DNA of 64,000 bases from Eubacteriales bacterium. Its GTDB lineage: Bacteria > Bacillota > Clostridia > Oscillospirales > CAG-272. A program made the translations under genes and the position numbers. The notes beneath the pieces were generated by a model. That model searched no databases. It saw nothing but the letters and a program-made list of their open reading frames with translations, and had not been told where the DNA came from. Positions 34,623 to 44,428 of this stretch are shown piece after piece; position 1 is the first letter of the stretch, and each line of letters begins with the position of its first letter. Location of the stretch: positions 62,614-126,613 of the forward strand of contig JAZTXV010000017.1 of the NCBI GenBank assembly GCA_045636605.1, given 5' to 3'.

Positions 34623-35951
34623 TTATTTTTGAATAAGAATAAAGCTGTTGCGAAGCAGGGTTATCTTAAGAGAATTGCCCTCGATTTTGTACGTATCGCA
34701 TTGCGTCATGGTGTTGTTTTTATCGACAAGATAGATTTTTGCACCGTCAAGGGACGCACCCTTAAAATCAACGGTTACGGTTTTCTTGATTTCGTTGTCG
34801 TCATCGGTATAGTAGCAAACAATGGCGGAGAAGCGCTCGCCGTCGGTTGCGCCGACTGCGTAAATGCTGCCGTCATCACTCTCGCTCTTTACCTGAGAGC
34901 CAAGCTCATAAAGCTCGGAGTAGCTCTTAAAGCAATAATAGCCCTTGAGCGCACGCAGAGTGTAGAAATCAAACAGACCGTTCATCGCACAGGGGCGTGC
35001 ATCGTAGTACATAAGCATATCAATTTTGGGATTGTGCTGTGCCTGACACATACAAGCGCAAATAAATGCCGCACCCTTCATTGAAATCATTTGCTCAATG
35101 GAGTAAATCCATTCGTCACCCCAGCCACGCACGTAGTTCCATTCGTTGAGAATGCTCTCAAAGCCCTCGTAGCCGAAGCGACGGGCTATGTCATAAATTC
35201 TTGTGCCCTTTTCGCTCATTTGTCTTGGCTCTGTGCCGTACCAGTGCCACGATAGGAAATCAAGGGGTACTTTTTTGCCGTGCGTTTTTTCGATGCGCTC
35301 AAAAAATCTTTCAAGCCAATCCTCGTTCCACGCAAGAGCAGGACCGCCTATTTTAAGATTGGGGAAGCGTGCCTTAAGATGCTCCGATGCGATAATGTAA
35401 AGCTCGGTAAACTCCGCCTCAGTTCCGCCCCAGGTTCTTTTATTTGTGCTATCGTCGGGGTCGAGGTCGGGCTCGTTCCAGATTTCCCAATACTCAATGT
35501 TATAGAAAAAGCCATTTGCCCAGCCCTCTGTGTAGTGAGCGATAATATGCTCGCAAATCTGCGCCCATTTTTTGAAATCCTTAGGGGGCAATGTGCCGTA
35601 TTTCTTTATTCCGTGCTCAATCTTTGAGCCCAGACGGTAGAAGGGCTCTGCGCCAAATTCTATACATTCCGCCAAATATTTGTCCGTGCACGCAAAATCG
35701 TAGCTTGCGGGATCGTTTACATCTGCATCAAAGTCGGGGAAAATAAGATGCACATCAACTGTGTGCTCTCCGCCGTAAGATGCGTGGAAGGATGCATCGT
35801 GATTTCTTGCATAGGGAATGCGCGCCTCACGGAAAAGCTCCTGATTGCCCCTTGTCTGGTCGCCTCTTGAAACATTAGGACCGTTGTTTACTGCGTGCAT
35901 TGGCTTAATTTTGCCGACAATGCTTGAAAAATCAACTAAAACGTTGCTCAT
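34623..35951 (-). CDS. Clan GH-A TIM-barrel glycoside hydrolase, GH39-like (paralog 1)
   Basis: YWEIWNEPD (acid/base) and ILNEWNY (nucleophile) motifs. No signal peptide. Confidence 0.65.
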   Translation of the reverse strand: MSNVLVDFSSIVGKIKPMHAVNNGPNVSRGDQTRGNQELFREARIPYARNHDASFHASYGGEHTVDVHLIFPDFDADVNDPASYDFACTDKYLAECIEFGAEPFYRLGSKIEHGIKKYGTLPPKDFKKWAQICEHIIAHYTEGWANGFFYNIEYWEIWNEPDLDPDDSTNKRTWGGTEAEFTELYIIASEHLKARFPNLKIGGPALAWNEDWLERFFERIEKTHGKKVPLDFLSWHWYGTEPRQMSEKGTRIYDIARRFGYEGFESILNEWNYVRGWGDEWIYSIEQMISMKGAAFICACMCQAQHNPKIDMLMYYDARPCAMNGLFDFYTLRALKGYYCFKSYSELYELGSQVKSESDDGSIYAVGATDGERFSAIVCYYTDDDNEIKKTVTVDFKGASLDGAKIYLVDKNNTMTQCDTYKIEGNSLKITLLRNSFILIQK

Positions 35952-36086
35952 GTAAGCTCTCCTTAATTATAAGTGTTGATTATATTTTAGCATTAAGAGG
36001 GAGTAAAATCAATAGTACTTTTAAAATAATAGGTATTTTAGATTGACTTTTTGGTTATGTTATGATAAGATAACAGCATAATAATT

Positions 36087-37427
36087 TTGACCTGTGTGGT
36101 CGGAGGGGAGGACACTGTGGGAAAAATTAAAAATGCGCTTTCAAGAACGATACATTCGCCAAGTATGCCACTATATGTCCTTGCGATTATCGTTGCGCTT
36201 TCGCATATAGATATGCCAACCGATTTTGCGGACGATGCGTGGTTCTATAATATCCTTGAGGGCAAGGACGATATGTGGGAGGCGTGGAGAGCGTTTTTGA
36301 AATACCGATACGAGGTGTGGTCATCGAGAACGCTCATTGAGGGCGCGCTCATCTTGCTCGTGCGTGCACCGCTTGCTTGGAAAATACTTGACTCTGTGGC
36401 GATAATCTATATAATTTTTGAGCTTTCAAGGCTTTTAAACCCTGAAAAGAGCCTTCTGAAAAATATAATAATAGCAGTAATCCCACTCACGTTTCCGTTA
36501 AGTATTCTTTACGAGGTTGGCTTTGTTGCCACCTCGATAAACTATATAATCCCCTTTGCGTGCGCGCTACCCACAATTTCGATTTTATACAGAAGAATCA
36601 TAGGAAGAGATGTCTTAGCGCTTGAATATGCTGTTGCGTTACCATTTTTGCTTTTTGCTTGCTTTAGTGAGATTATTTGCGCGCTCGTGCTACTTGTCGC
36701 ACTCGGCTGTATTGTGTGGAAGCTTGTTTCGAGGACGGGCGTTCCGTATGCGGAGATTGCGTGCGTTGTGATTGCGATAGCATATGTTGTGTATCATCTA
36801 ACATGCGAAGGAAACGACGCAAGAGCGGAGCAGGAGGCTCTTACGTGGCTACCCGAGCACTCAAGCCTTAACCTTATCGAAAAGGCAGAGCTGGGACTCA
36901 GAGCCATGATATTTTCACTGTTTATGTATGACAAAAATATTGTTTTTGTCCTAATGTGCCTTGCGATAACTATTGTTGTAACATTAAAGACAAAAAAGCC
37001 TTTAAAAATCGCTCTTGCGTGGCTACCGTTTGCTATCTCGGCAATTTTTGGCATGCTTTCGCCAATCTTAACCAAGCTGCAATTTGTGTCGGCTATAAAG
37101 AGCAAAATTCTTGTGGCTCTGCAAGCCCCTAAAATAACCCTCGGTGGCGCTTTGTGCGACCTTGTGGCTGTATTTTTGCTGTTTTGCGTGCTTTTCTCCT
37201 TGGGAGAGGTAATAGAAAGCACAAGGGAATATATTCTTTTGTTCTATGCGCTTGGCGTAGGCTCGGCGACAAAAATAGCCCTCGGACTATCTCCTACCGT
37301 TTGGGCAAGCGGAAACAGAGGCGCAACCTTCTTGTTTATTTCAATCGCAATCGCAACGGGCGTGGCAGTGTACGAGGCTATAAGGCAAATCAAGCTCAAA
37401 TCAACAAAAACTGAAAATAATCAATAA
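36087..37427 (+). CDS. Polytopic membrane protein (about 11-12 TM; possibly GT-C-like)
   Basis: Highly hydrophobic throughout. The likely true start is the GTG at 36117, preceded by GGAGGGGAGG. A candidate promoter TTGACT-17-TAAGAT lies at 36043-36071. Confidence 0.55.
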   Translation: MTCVVGGEDTVGKIKNALSRTIHSPSMPLYVLAIIVALSHIDMPTDFADDAWFYNILEGKDDMWEAWRAFLKYRYEVWSSRTLIEGALILLVRAPLAWKILDSVAIIYIIFELSRLLNPEKSLLKNIIIAVIPLTFPLSILYEVGFVATSINYIIPFACALPTISILYRRIIGRDVLALEYAVALPFLLFACFSEIICALVLLVALGCIVWKLVSRTGVPYAEIACVVIAIAYVVYHLTCEGNDARAEQEALTWLPEHSSLNLIEKAELGLRAMIFSLFMYDKNIVFVLMCLAITIVVTLKTKKPLKIALAWLPFAISAIFGMLSPILTKLQFVSAIKSKILVALQAPKITLGGALCDLVAVFLLFCVLFSLGEVIESTREYILLFYALGVGSATKIALGLSPTVWASGNRGATFLFISIAIATGVAVYEAIRQIKLKSTKTENNQ

Positions 37428-37464
37428 AAAGCAGCCACAGGGTTACCTGTGGCTGTCTTTTTTG
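37426..37464. terminator. Bidirectional terminator
   Basis: cagccacagg gtta cctgtggctg stem flanked by A5 and T7. Confidence 0.75.
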
Positions 37465-37481
37465 CTGGATTTTTTCGCCGC

Positions 37482-38798
37482 TCAGAATTCAAAATAGAGA
37501 ATAGTGTTTCTTTCAAGGCGAATTTCAAGCGTATCGTTTTCGAATTTATAGGGACGCTCGGTCATCGTGTATGTGTCGTTTGTGACAAACACTCTTGCCC
37601 TCGACGTATCGGCACCCTTTATGCTTATGCGTACGAATTTCGGGCCGTCATCATCCTTTTCCGAGTAATAGGTAACCATGGCTCTGTGCTTTTCCCCATC
37701 AGATGAGCAAACGGCATAAACGCATTCGTCATCCGACTCCGAGAGGGTATGTGTGCCAAGCTCGTAAAGATTTGAGAATATATAGAACGGATAATAGCCC
37801 TTTAGCGGCTCCATTGTATAATAATCGAAAAGACCGTTAAATGCACCGGGACGTGCATCATAGTACATCATCATATCGAGGTCGGGGTTGTTTTGACCTG
37901 CACACATGCAGGCACTGAAGAACGCCGCACCCTTCATTGATATAATTTGCTTTATGGTATAGACAAATTGCGTTGTCCAGCATCTTACATAGTTCCATTC
38001 GTTAAGAATAGATTCTGCGTTTTCGTAGCCTGCCTCGTTTATAAGCTTGCGGATTCTCGATGCCTTGATTGACATATCCGTCGGCTCTGTCCAATACCAA
38101 TGCCACGAGAAGAAGTCGATTGGCGCACCCTGTGGTGCAACTCTGTCAAGAAATCGCTTCATCCACGCCTCGTCGCCCGCACTTGCGGGACCGCCTATCT
38201 TCAGGTGAGGGAAGCGAGCCTTAAGATGCTTTGAGGCAATCACATACAGCTCCGCAAACTCCGCCTCCGTGCCACCCCAGCATCTTTTATTTGTGCTGTC
38301 GTCGGTGTCAAGGTCGGGCTCGTTCCAAATCTCCCAGTATTCAATTCCGTATTCAAAGCCGTCTGCCCAGCCCTCGTTATAGTGGGCGATAATATGCTCG
38401 CAAATCTGCGCCCATTTCTTAAAATCCTTAGGAGGAATTGTGCCGTATTTCTTTACCTCGTGCTCAATTCTTGAGCCAAGACGGTAAAATGGCATGGTGC
38501 CGTAGGTGATGATCTGCTTCATATAGTGGTCCGTGCAGGCAAAATCATAGCTTGCGGGATCGTTTACATCTGCATCAAAATCACGAAAGATTGCGTGAAT
38601 GTCAACCGTATGCTCACCGCCATAGCCCGCATGGAACGAGGCATCGTGCGTTCTTGCAAGCGGAATACGTGCCGCCCTGTAATCGTCTTGATTTCCTCTC
38701 GTTTGGTCCTTTCCCGCAACAACGGGGCCGTTGTTTACGGCGTGCATTATCTTCATTTTGCCGAGCGCCTGTGAAAAATCAATATTAACTGTGCTCAT
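37482..38798 (-). CDS. Clan GH-A TIM-barrel glycoside hydrolase, GH39-like (paralog 2)
   Basis: Collinear with the 34623-35951 product and highly similar to it (YWEIWNEPD, ILNEWNY). I prefer the start at MSTVNIDF (GGAAGGA RBS). Confidence 0.65.
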   Translation of the reverse strand: MSTVNIDFSQALGKMKIMHAVNNGPVVAGKDQTRGNQDDYRAARIPLARTHDASFHAGYGGEHTVDIHAIFRDFDADVNDPASYDFACTDHYMKQIITYGTMPFYRLGSRIEHEVKKYGTIPPKDFKKWAQICEHIIAHYNEGWADGFEYGIEYWEIWNEPDLDTDDSTNKRCWGGTEAEFAELYVIASKHLKARFPHLKIGGPASAGDEAWMKRFLDRVAPQGAPIDFFSWHWYWTEPTDMSIKASRIRKLINEAGYENAESILNEWNYVRCWTTQFVYTIKQIISMKGAAFFSACMCAGQNNPDLDMMMYYDARPGAFNGLFDYYTMEPLKGYYPFYIFSNLYELGTHTLSESDDECVYAVCSSDGEKHRAMVTYYSEKDDDGPKFVRISIKGADTSRARVFVTNDTYTMTERPYKFENDTLEIRLERNTILYFEF

Positions 38799-38989
38799 TT
38801 TAAAAATCCTTCCAAAATTTATTGCAGAATCCCTGCAACTATATTCTATCATACGGGTGTGACTTTTTCAAGATAAAAATACAACTGACGGTTGGATATG
38901 TTGCGAAAAAATTCGGGCTTGCCTGACGAGGACACCTTAAGGGCTATTCAAAATTAAAGGTCACGGGGATTTTTTCGTGACCTTTACTG

Positions 38990-39904
38990 TTATATGAAGA
39001 TATTTATTACGCCAAGAAGCAGACCGATAATGCCACCAAGATATATAACGGCGTTAAGCTCCTTTTTCATAACCCTAAGGCATAGCGTCTCAAGCTCTCT
39101 TATGTCCATTTGATTGATTTTGCTCTCAACGACGGAGCAAACATCAAGAGCCTCGGCGGCATATCCGAGAGCACGGGCAATAGCCTCCTCGTAAATGGGC
39201 TTGAAGGCATAAAACAGTCTGCTCGTGTCTATTTTTGATGTGTCAAAAAGCTCAGATACGGGTAGAGCGCACACGGACTCAATCTCGTCTCGCACCGCAA
39301 CAGAGGCCGCATCAACGCCTCTTTCGTCAAGGAACGAGGTAACCCCCTCGCTCACCCTGGAGAGCAACGGATTTATCAGGTCGTCGGACAAAAATGCGCC
39401 GAGAATACCAAGAGAGGCCTTCTTTTCGGCAATCGCATTACGCCCCTGCTCCGCAATTATATCACCAAGTCCCATTCCCTTTAGAGCCGAAACGATTTTG
39501 TCGGCAAGGAAAAGAGAGAGCCTTTCCTTAAGCGAGGCAAGCTCCACCTCGTTTGTCAGAGATAGCGCAAGCTCCTGTGCCGAGCTGTGAGAGGCGTTGC
39601 GTACGCTTTCTGATATGGCATCAAAAATACGCTTCTCAACCGCCTCGGAGCAAAGCATATTCTTTATGTCGTCACCGGTAAACAGCTCCTCGCCGACCGC
39701 CTTTCCTATGGCGTGGGCAAGCGCGCCTCTGCGCTTCGGAATAATACCGGGAGTGAAGGGAACACGCATCCCGAAAAGCTTTTTGGGAAGGTATGGACGG
39801 AAAAGCATTTTAACCGCTATGTAGTTCGTAAAAATACCGATAATTGCGCCGATAAGCGGGCCTGAAGCATAACCGAGATAGAACAAAACCGTCTCAGTGG
39901 TCAT
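38990..39904 (-). CDS. DUF445-family membrane protein
   Basis: TNYIAVKMLFRPYLP...GIIPKRRGALAHAIG signature. Last gene of the operon, with an ATGA overlap with the upstream gene. Confidence 0.7.
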   Translation of the reverse strand: MTTETVLFYLGYASGPLIGAIIGIFTNYIAVKMLFRPYLPKKLFGMRVPFTPGIIPKRRGALAHAIGKAVGEELFTGDDIKNMLCSEAVEKRIFDAISESVRNASHSSAQELALSLTNEVELASLKERLSLFLADKIVSALKGMGLGDIIAEQGRNAIAEKKASLGILGAFLSDDLINPLLSRVSEGVTSFLDERGVDAASVAVRDEIESVCALPVSELFDTSKIDTSRLFYAFKPIYEEAIARALGYAAEALDVCSVVESKINQMDIRELETLCLRVMKKELNAVIYLGGIIGLLLGVINIFI

Positions 39905-40278
39905 CTTGTAAGCTCCTCCTCGCCCAAACGACTGCTCGTGTTTTGCTCAACCTCGTGGTTGATAATCGCAATCCTTTGGATCAGGTGATTAAGACGGTGC
40001 TTCGTTACCGACAAATCTATTGCAAGCTTAAAGAGCTTTATTAAAATAAGGAAGATAACGAACAAAAATACGAAGTTTACAGGAGAAGCAATTCCCAAAA
40101 GCTGTGTAAAGAAATTAACAATTTGAGGGAAAATGCTCATAATTAGAAGCATAACCGAGAAGCCGATCCAAAAAACTGAATCGTCAATATTAAGCTGTGA
40201 CTTTCTGATTTTTCTTATCGTATAAAGCACAACCAAAACGGATGCCACGATAAGAACTATTCTAAGCGTTAGCGTCAT
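39901..40278 (-). CDS. DUF2304-like small membrane protein
   Basis: 125 aa with 3-4 TM helices. Sits immediately after a short GT2 gene, which is the usual DUF2304 pairing. Confidence 0.6.
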   Translation of the reverse strand: MTLTLRIVLIVASVLVVLYTIRKIRKSQLNIDDSVFWIGFSVMLLIMSIFPQIVNFFTQLLGIASPVNFVFLFVIFLILIKLFKLAIDLSVTKHRLNHLIQRIAIINHEVEQNTSSRLGEEELTR

Positions 40279-40279
40279 T

Positions 40280-40984
40280 TTATTTCTCCTTTTCTATTTG
40301 CGCCTTCCTTCTGAACCATTGAACGAACAGAATAGAGAAGAACATATGGAACATATATTTTATAGATCTGCCGAGGTTGAGATAGCTTTCGCCTGCGGAG
40401 CGCTCTCTCATTTCCACTTGGATTTCGGTAACTCTTGCTCCGCTTCTGATAAGATGCGCAAGCGTATCGGGCTCAGGGCCGTAATCTGCAGTAGAGGACA
40501 TCGCCTTGATAACCGAGCGAGAGAACATTCTCATGCCCGATGTGGGGTCCTTTATATTTTTATGTACTGTCAAAATCAGTGCGAGCTGAATTAAGCGGGA
40601 GCCTATCATTCTGCCGGTGAACGGCTTCTTTTGCTCCGCAAAGCGAGAGCCGATGCAGATGTCGCACTCCTCCATTGCCTCTACCATTCTCTCAATGTAC
40701 GCAGGATCGTGCTGACCGTCGCCGTCAAACTGAATGGCATAGTCATAGTTATGCTCATATGCGTACATAAGACCTGCCTGAACACCGTCAGCCAAGCCGA
40801 CATTTATCGGCATATTAAGGTGATTGTAACCCTTTTTTCGACAAATTTCGAGGGTTTTATCCTTTGAGCCGTCATTTATTATGAGGTAGTCGTACTGCGG
40901 ATAGTTTTCGATAAGGTTATCGACAACGCCCTCAATGTTTTTCTCCTCGTTATATGCGGGGATTATTATTAAAACCTTTTTCAT
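40280..40984 (-). CDS. GT2 glycosyltransferase (polyprenyl-phosphate sugar synthase-like)
   Basis: IIIPAYNEE...INDGSKD...FDGDGQHDP motifs. Confidence 0.85.
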   Translation of the reverse strand: MKKVLIIIPAYNEEKNIEGVVDNLIENYPQYDYLIINDGSKDKTLEICRKKGYNHLNMPINVGLADGVQAGLMYAYEHNYDYAIQFDGDGQHDPAYIERMVEAMEECDICIGSRFAEQKKPFTGRMIGSRLIQLALILTVHKNIKDPTSGMRMFSRSVIKAMSSTADYGPEPDTLAHLIRSGARVTEIQVEMRERSAGESYLNLGRSIKYMFHMFFSILFVQWFRRKAQIEKEK

Positions 40985-41020
40985 TTTTAAACCCTTTTTA
41001 AAATCAAATAAAGTTGATTG

Positions 41021-42175
41021 TCAGCCTTGAAGGCCGTCTATGTAGTCGATTACCGCATCTGCCGTGAAATTCCACGTGCATGAGGTGATTACTATATCGT
41101 GACATTTTTTTGCGGCACTCTGTCTGTATTCGGGCCTGTCAAGGACGCTCATTATCGCCTCGTAAACGATGTTCTCCTCGTTGGTGGGAAGAACGATTCC
41201 GTAGCTCTCATCCTTGATAAGCTCCTTTGCGTCACCTCTTGCAGTTGTGATAACGAAGGTGTTGCACATGCTCGCTTCAATTACACAGGTAGCAAATCCC
41301 TCGGAGAAGGACGGAAGGCAGAAGATGTCACTTGCCAGGTGCATTGAGCATACCTCGGCGGCAGAGAGCCTACCAAGGAAAATGGTGTTTTTGCTCTTTG
41401 TTGGCTCAAGCTCCTCACGCAGATAGCCCTCACCCGCCAAAAGACAATACACGTCATCACGCACCTCGTTGATTCGCTTCATTACATTTATAAGCACTCT
41501 TACACCCTTTTCGAGCGTAAGCCTGCCTACGAAATCAATTACAATAGCATTTTCGGGAATGCCAAGCTCCGAGCGAAAGTCACGCACAGGATTGTCAATA
41601 TAGCCCTGAAAGCGTTCGACGTCAACGGCATTGTTAAACAGAACATCGCTTTTAATCTTAAAGTGCTTTAGCCATTCAAGCGAAGCCTTTGATGCACCGC
41701 CGAAGTGCTTACAATGACGCTTTTCGCACCAGGTAATCCAATGCTCAAACACCTCGGACATCTTGGTTGTGAGCTTGCCGCCTGTGTTGAGATGGCTTGA
41801 GCCGTGGTCGATAATGATACAGGGAAGCCCCATTTTTTTAGCAAGCTTGCACGCCCAAAGGGACAGAAAATAGAAGCGCATATTGATAATCATAAGGTCA
41901 AAGTGGCGCATCTTGAATTCCTTTGTGAAGGTGCGAAGCTCTTTATTTTTCTTGAGCACAGGAAAGCGACCTCCCATAAATTGCCTTGTGGGCAGACGGT
42001 AAACCTCAATCGAGCCGTTTTTTTCGTAATTTGGAGCGCCGTCCATTTGTGAGGTGAGAATTGTCACCTCGTGTCCCTGCCTCTCAAGCTCTCTTGAAAG
42101 GTTGAAGACATAGTTCTCAACTCCGCCTACATGTGGCAGATATTGAGAGGATACTATACAAATTTTTTTAGACAT
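41021..42175 (-). CDS. GT4 (GT-B fold) glycosyltransferase
   Basis: N-terminus GGVENYVFNLSREL, and a C-terminal E..G....E-type motif (PSFSEGFATCVIEA). Confidence 0.85.
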   Translation of the reverse strand: MSKKICIVSSQYLPHVGGVENYVFNLSRELERQGHEVTILTSQMDGAPNYEKNGSIEVYRLPTRQFMGGRFPVLKKNKELRTFTKEFKMRHFDLMIINMRFYFLSLWACKLAKKMGLPCIIIDHGSSHLNTGGKLTTKMSEVFEHWITWCEKRHCKHFGGASKASLEWLKHFKIKSDVLFNNAVDVERFQGYIDNPVRDFRSELGIPENAIVIDFVGRLTLEKGVRVLINVMKRINEVRDDVYCLLAGEGYLREELEPTKSKNTIFLGRLSAAEVCSMHLASDIFCLPSFSEGFATCVIEASMCNTFVITTARGDAKELIKDESYGIVLPTNEENIVYEAIMSVLDRPEYRQSAAKKCHDIVITSCTWNFTADAVIDYIDGLQG

Positions 42176-42184
42176 AATTTCCTC

Positions 42185-44428
42185 TTAGACGGGTAATGGT
42201 AGAAATTCTGCGACATATACATCGTAGAAGCTCATAAATATATTAAGCGCAAGGAAGCCATAGACAAGACCGTTTATCACTCGCTTATCCATTGTGTGGC
42301 GCACCTTGGAGCTTCCGACACAGTAAAGGAAGGGCATCAAAATCGGGATAATGTATCGCCATTGACAGCCGTTTACCGTGTAAAGACCGACAGGGGTAAA
42401 GGTAAGATAAAGCGCGGTTGCAACAAGACAGGTAAGTCCGAAGCAGGTGAATATGGTAACTGCCTTCATTTTGGTGCTACCCTTGAAATCGTCGCTCTCG
42501 CTCTTGTCGGTGAATGCGCAAAACGCCATAATACATAGCGCAAGTGTGCCCCAGATAAGCTTCGCGTTGCCAACATAGGCGTAGGAAACTGCCATCGTGC
42601 CCGCGTTATTAAATGAAGCATATTCGCCAAGGAATTTAAGTAAAATCTTGGTGTAGGTCCACGGATTTTTGAAAATAAAGAAGGTTTGCTGAGTTGTGTC
42701 AACATCACTTCCGCCTCGGTAGTCACCGCCAACGACACCGCTTGCCGTATTAGATATGTAAGGAAGAATAAATGTCACCACCAGTATAAGCATCGTGCCA
42801 ATGCAGGCAAGACGGTACAGGCGAGAGCCCCTTTTGGTGTTAAATTTATTCTTGCTCATAAAGAGCATTGGGAATACGAGCACAAGGTAAATTGCCTTAG
42901 GCCCGCAACCTATAATCATCGCGCCGAGCATCAAAATGCCGTCCGTTAGGGAGAATTTCTTATCGGGATTTTGTAGCTCCGAGATAAAGTAGCAAAGCGC
43001 ATAGCACACAAATGCCGTGATAAAGTAGTCATATGAGAACACCGATGCGATAAATAGCGCAGTCGGCATAAGGCAAACTGACGACATAATGAGTGCACCG
43101 CTCTTAAGGCGCTTAAGTCCAAGGTAAATTACAAACGCGTAGGTGAGCACATTTGCCATCTTTGCGATAATGAACATGGCAATATAGTTAAGCCCCGTCA
43201 TATCCGCGCACGACATCGCAAGCGCACCCGGTATGTGACCGAGGCACTTATACTTGTCGAGATTTTTGGGTGCTGTGCCCTCGTATTTTACGCTATCATA
43301 ATCAATGAGGTCAAATATAAAATCGTTTGTGTACCAGACAAATCTGTCGGTGTTAAGAGGGAATGAGCGCACCGCCTGCCAGGTGTCCGCATATGTTTCC
43401 TCGTTTCCGAACAGGTAAAGCTTCATATCAACGCATCTTGCGTAGTGGTATTCCTCGTCCCAGCCGTTTGAAACCTCGGTGGGAAGAAGCGCTGACATCA
43501 TAAAGCCACAAATAACCGTGATTACAAGGAACATTACAGGCGCGCTTGCGTTATTTGATAAAATTCTGTCGCAGATGAACAGAGCCACCGTTATCGCGCT
43601 CAAAATGAACATATACGAGATAATATCCCTTGACATTGTCGCGCCTGCAAGGCAGACGGCATAGGATATGCAAAGTGTTGCGGAGCTCAAAATAAACAGG
43701 ACGCGCACGGCAAAGGACGCATATTTTTTGCCCTTAAGAAGCGACAGCGCGCTATCGTAGCATTTTTTGATAAGCGACCATATCCATCTGTAAAAGCCAA
43801 ACCAAATTTCAACACCGCCAAGGATAGCCAAAATCACGATAATGGCAACAATCGCACCAACATTCGCGTTTTTTTGCATTCCTATAAGAGAGGTTACCTC
43901 CAGAGAAATTTTGTCAAGGGTAAAGGTGGCGTCAACATCGACTCTTAAAAGCGTGTAGGTGGTTGTCTTTGGTAAAACAACGGACGCGCTCATTCCGTCC
44001 GGGGCAACTCTTGCCTTAACGGAGTTAGGCTCGCTTAGCTCCTCGCCATTTTGCGAGAAGTACACCTGTACGACATTTGAGTTCTTGATAGGTGAGGTGA
44101 AGTGTAGGGTTATAGTATTAAATTCGTTTTTGCCACCGAGGGTAAAATACAGCTGGGGGTCATTATTTATAGGAGAGTAGGTGACATTGCTATCCTCGCC
44201 TATGACCTTGTTGTAGCCATGAACGCTAAGGCTCGGAATTTCTGCATCAAACGAGGTAATATCACTCTTATCGTAAGCGGTGCGAATTGTCACAACCGAA
44301 ATCATAAGGAGTGACAAAATAAGGCAAAGTGCAACATAGAGCGCTCTTATATGCCGTTTTGAAAAATCCCAAAGCCAAGCCCCCGCATCCTTAAGAGCAG
44401 GGACAAGCCGTTGACCTATTTTGCTCAT
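42185..44428 (-). CDS. Large polytopic membrane protein (GT-C/DUF2142-like candidate glycosyltransferase or polymer-modifying enzyme)
   Basis: N-terminal TM helix, then a soluble domain of about 150 aa, then about 14 TM helices. Lies within the polysaccharide operon. Confidence 0.5.
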   Translation of the reverse strand: MSKIGQRLVPALKDAGAWLWDFSKRHIRALYVALCLILSLLMISVVTIRTAYDKSDITSFDAEIPSLSVHGYNKVIGEDSNVTYSPINNDPQLYFTLGGKNEFNTITLHFTSPIKNSNVVQVYFSQNGEELSEPNSVKARVAPDGMSASVVLPKTTTYTLLRVDVDATFTLDKISLEVTSLIGMQKNANVGAIVAIIVILAILGGVEIWFGFYRWIWSLIKKCYDSALSLLKGKKYASFAVRVLFILSSATLCISYAVCLAGATMSRDIISYMFILSAITVALFICDRILSNNASAPVMFLVITVICGFMMSALLPTEVSNGWDEEYHYARCVDMKLYLFGNEETYADTWQAVRSFPLNTDRFVWYTNDFIFDLIDYDSVKYEGTAPKNLDKYKCLGHIPGALAMSCADMTGLNYIAMFIIAKMANVLTYAFVIYLGLKRLKSGALIMSSVCLMPTALFIASVFSYDYFITAFVCYALCYFISELQNPDKKFSLTDGILMLGAMIIGCGPKAIYLVLVFPMLFMSKNKFNTKRGSRLYRLACIGTMLILVVTFILPYISNTASGVVGGDYRGGSDVDTTQQTFFIFKNPWTYTKILLKFLGEYASFNNAGTMAVSYAYVGNAKLIWGTLALCIMAFCAFTDKSESDDFKGSTKMKAVTIFTCFGLTCLVATALYLTFTPVGLYTVNGCQWRYIIPILMPFLYCVGSSKVRHTMDKRVINGLVYGFLALNIFMSFYDVYVAEFLPLPV

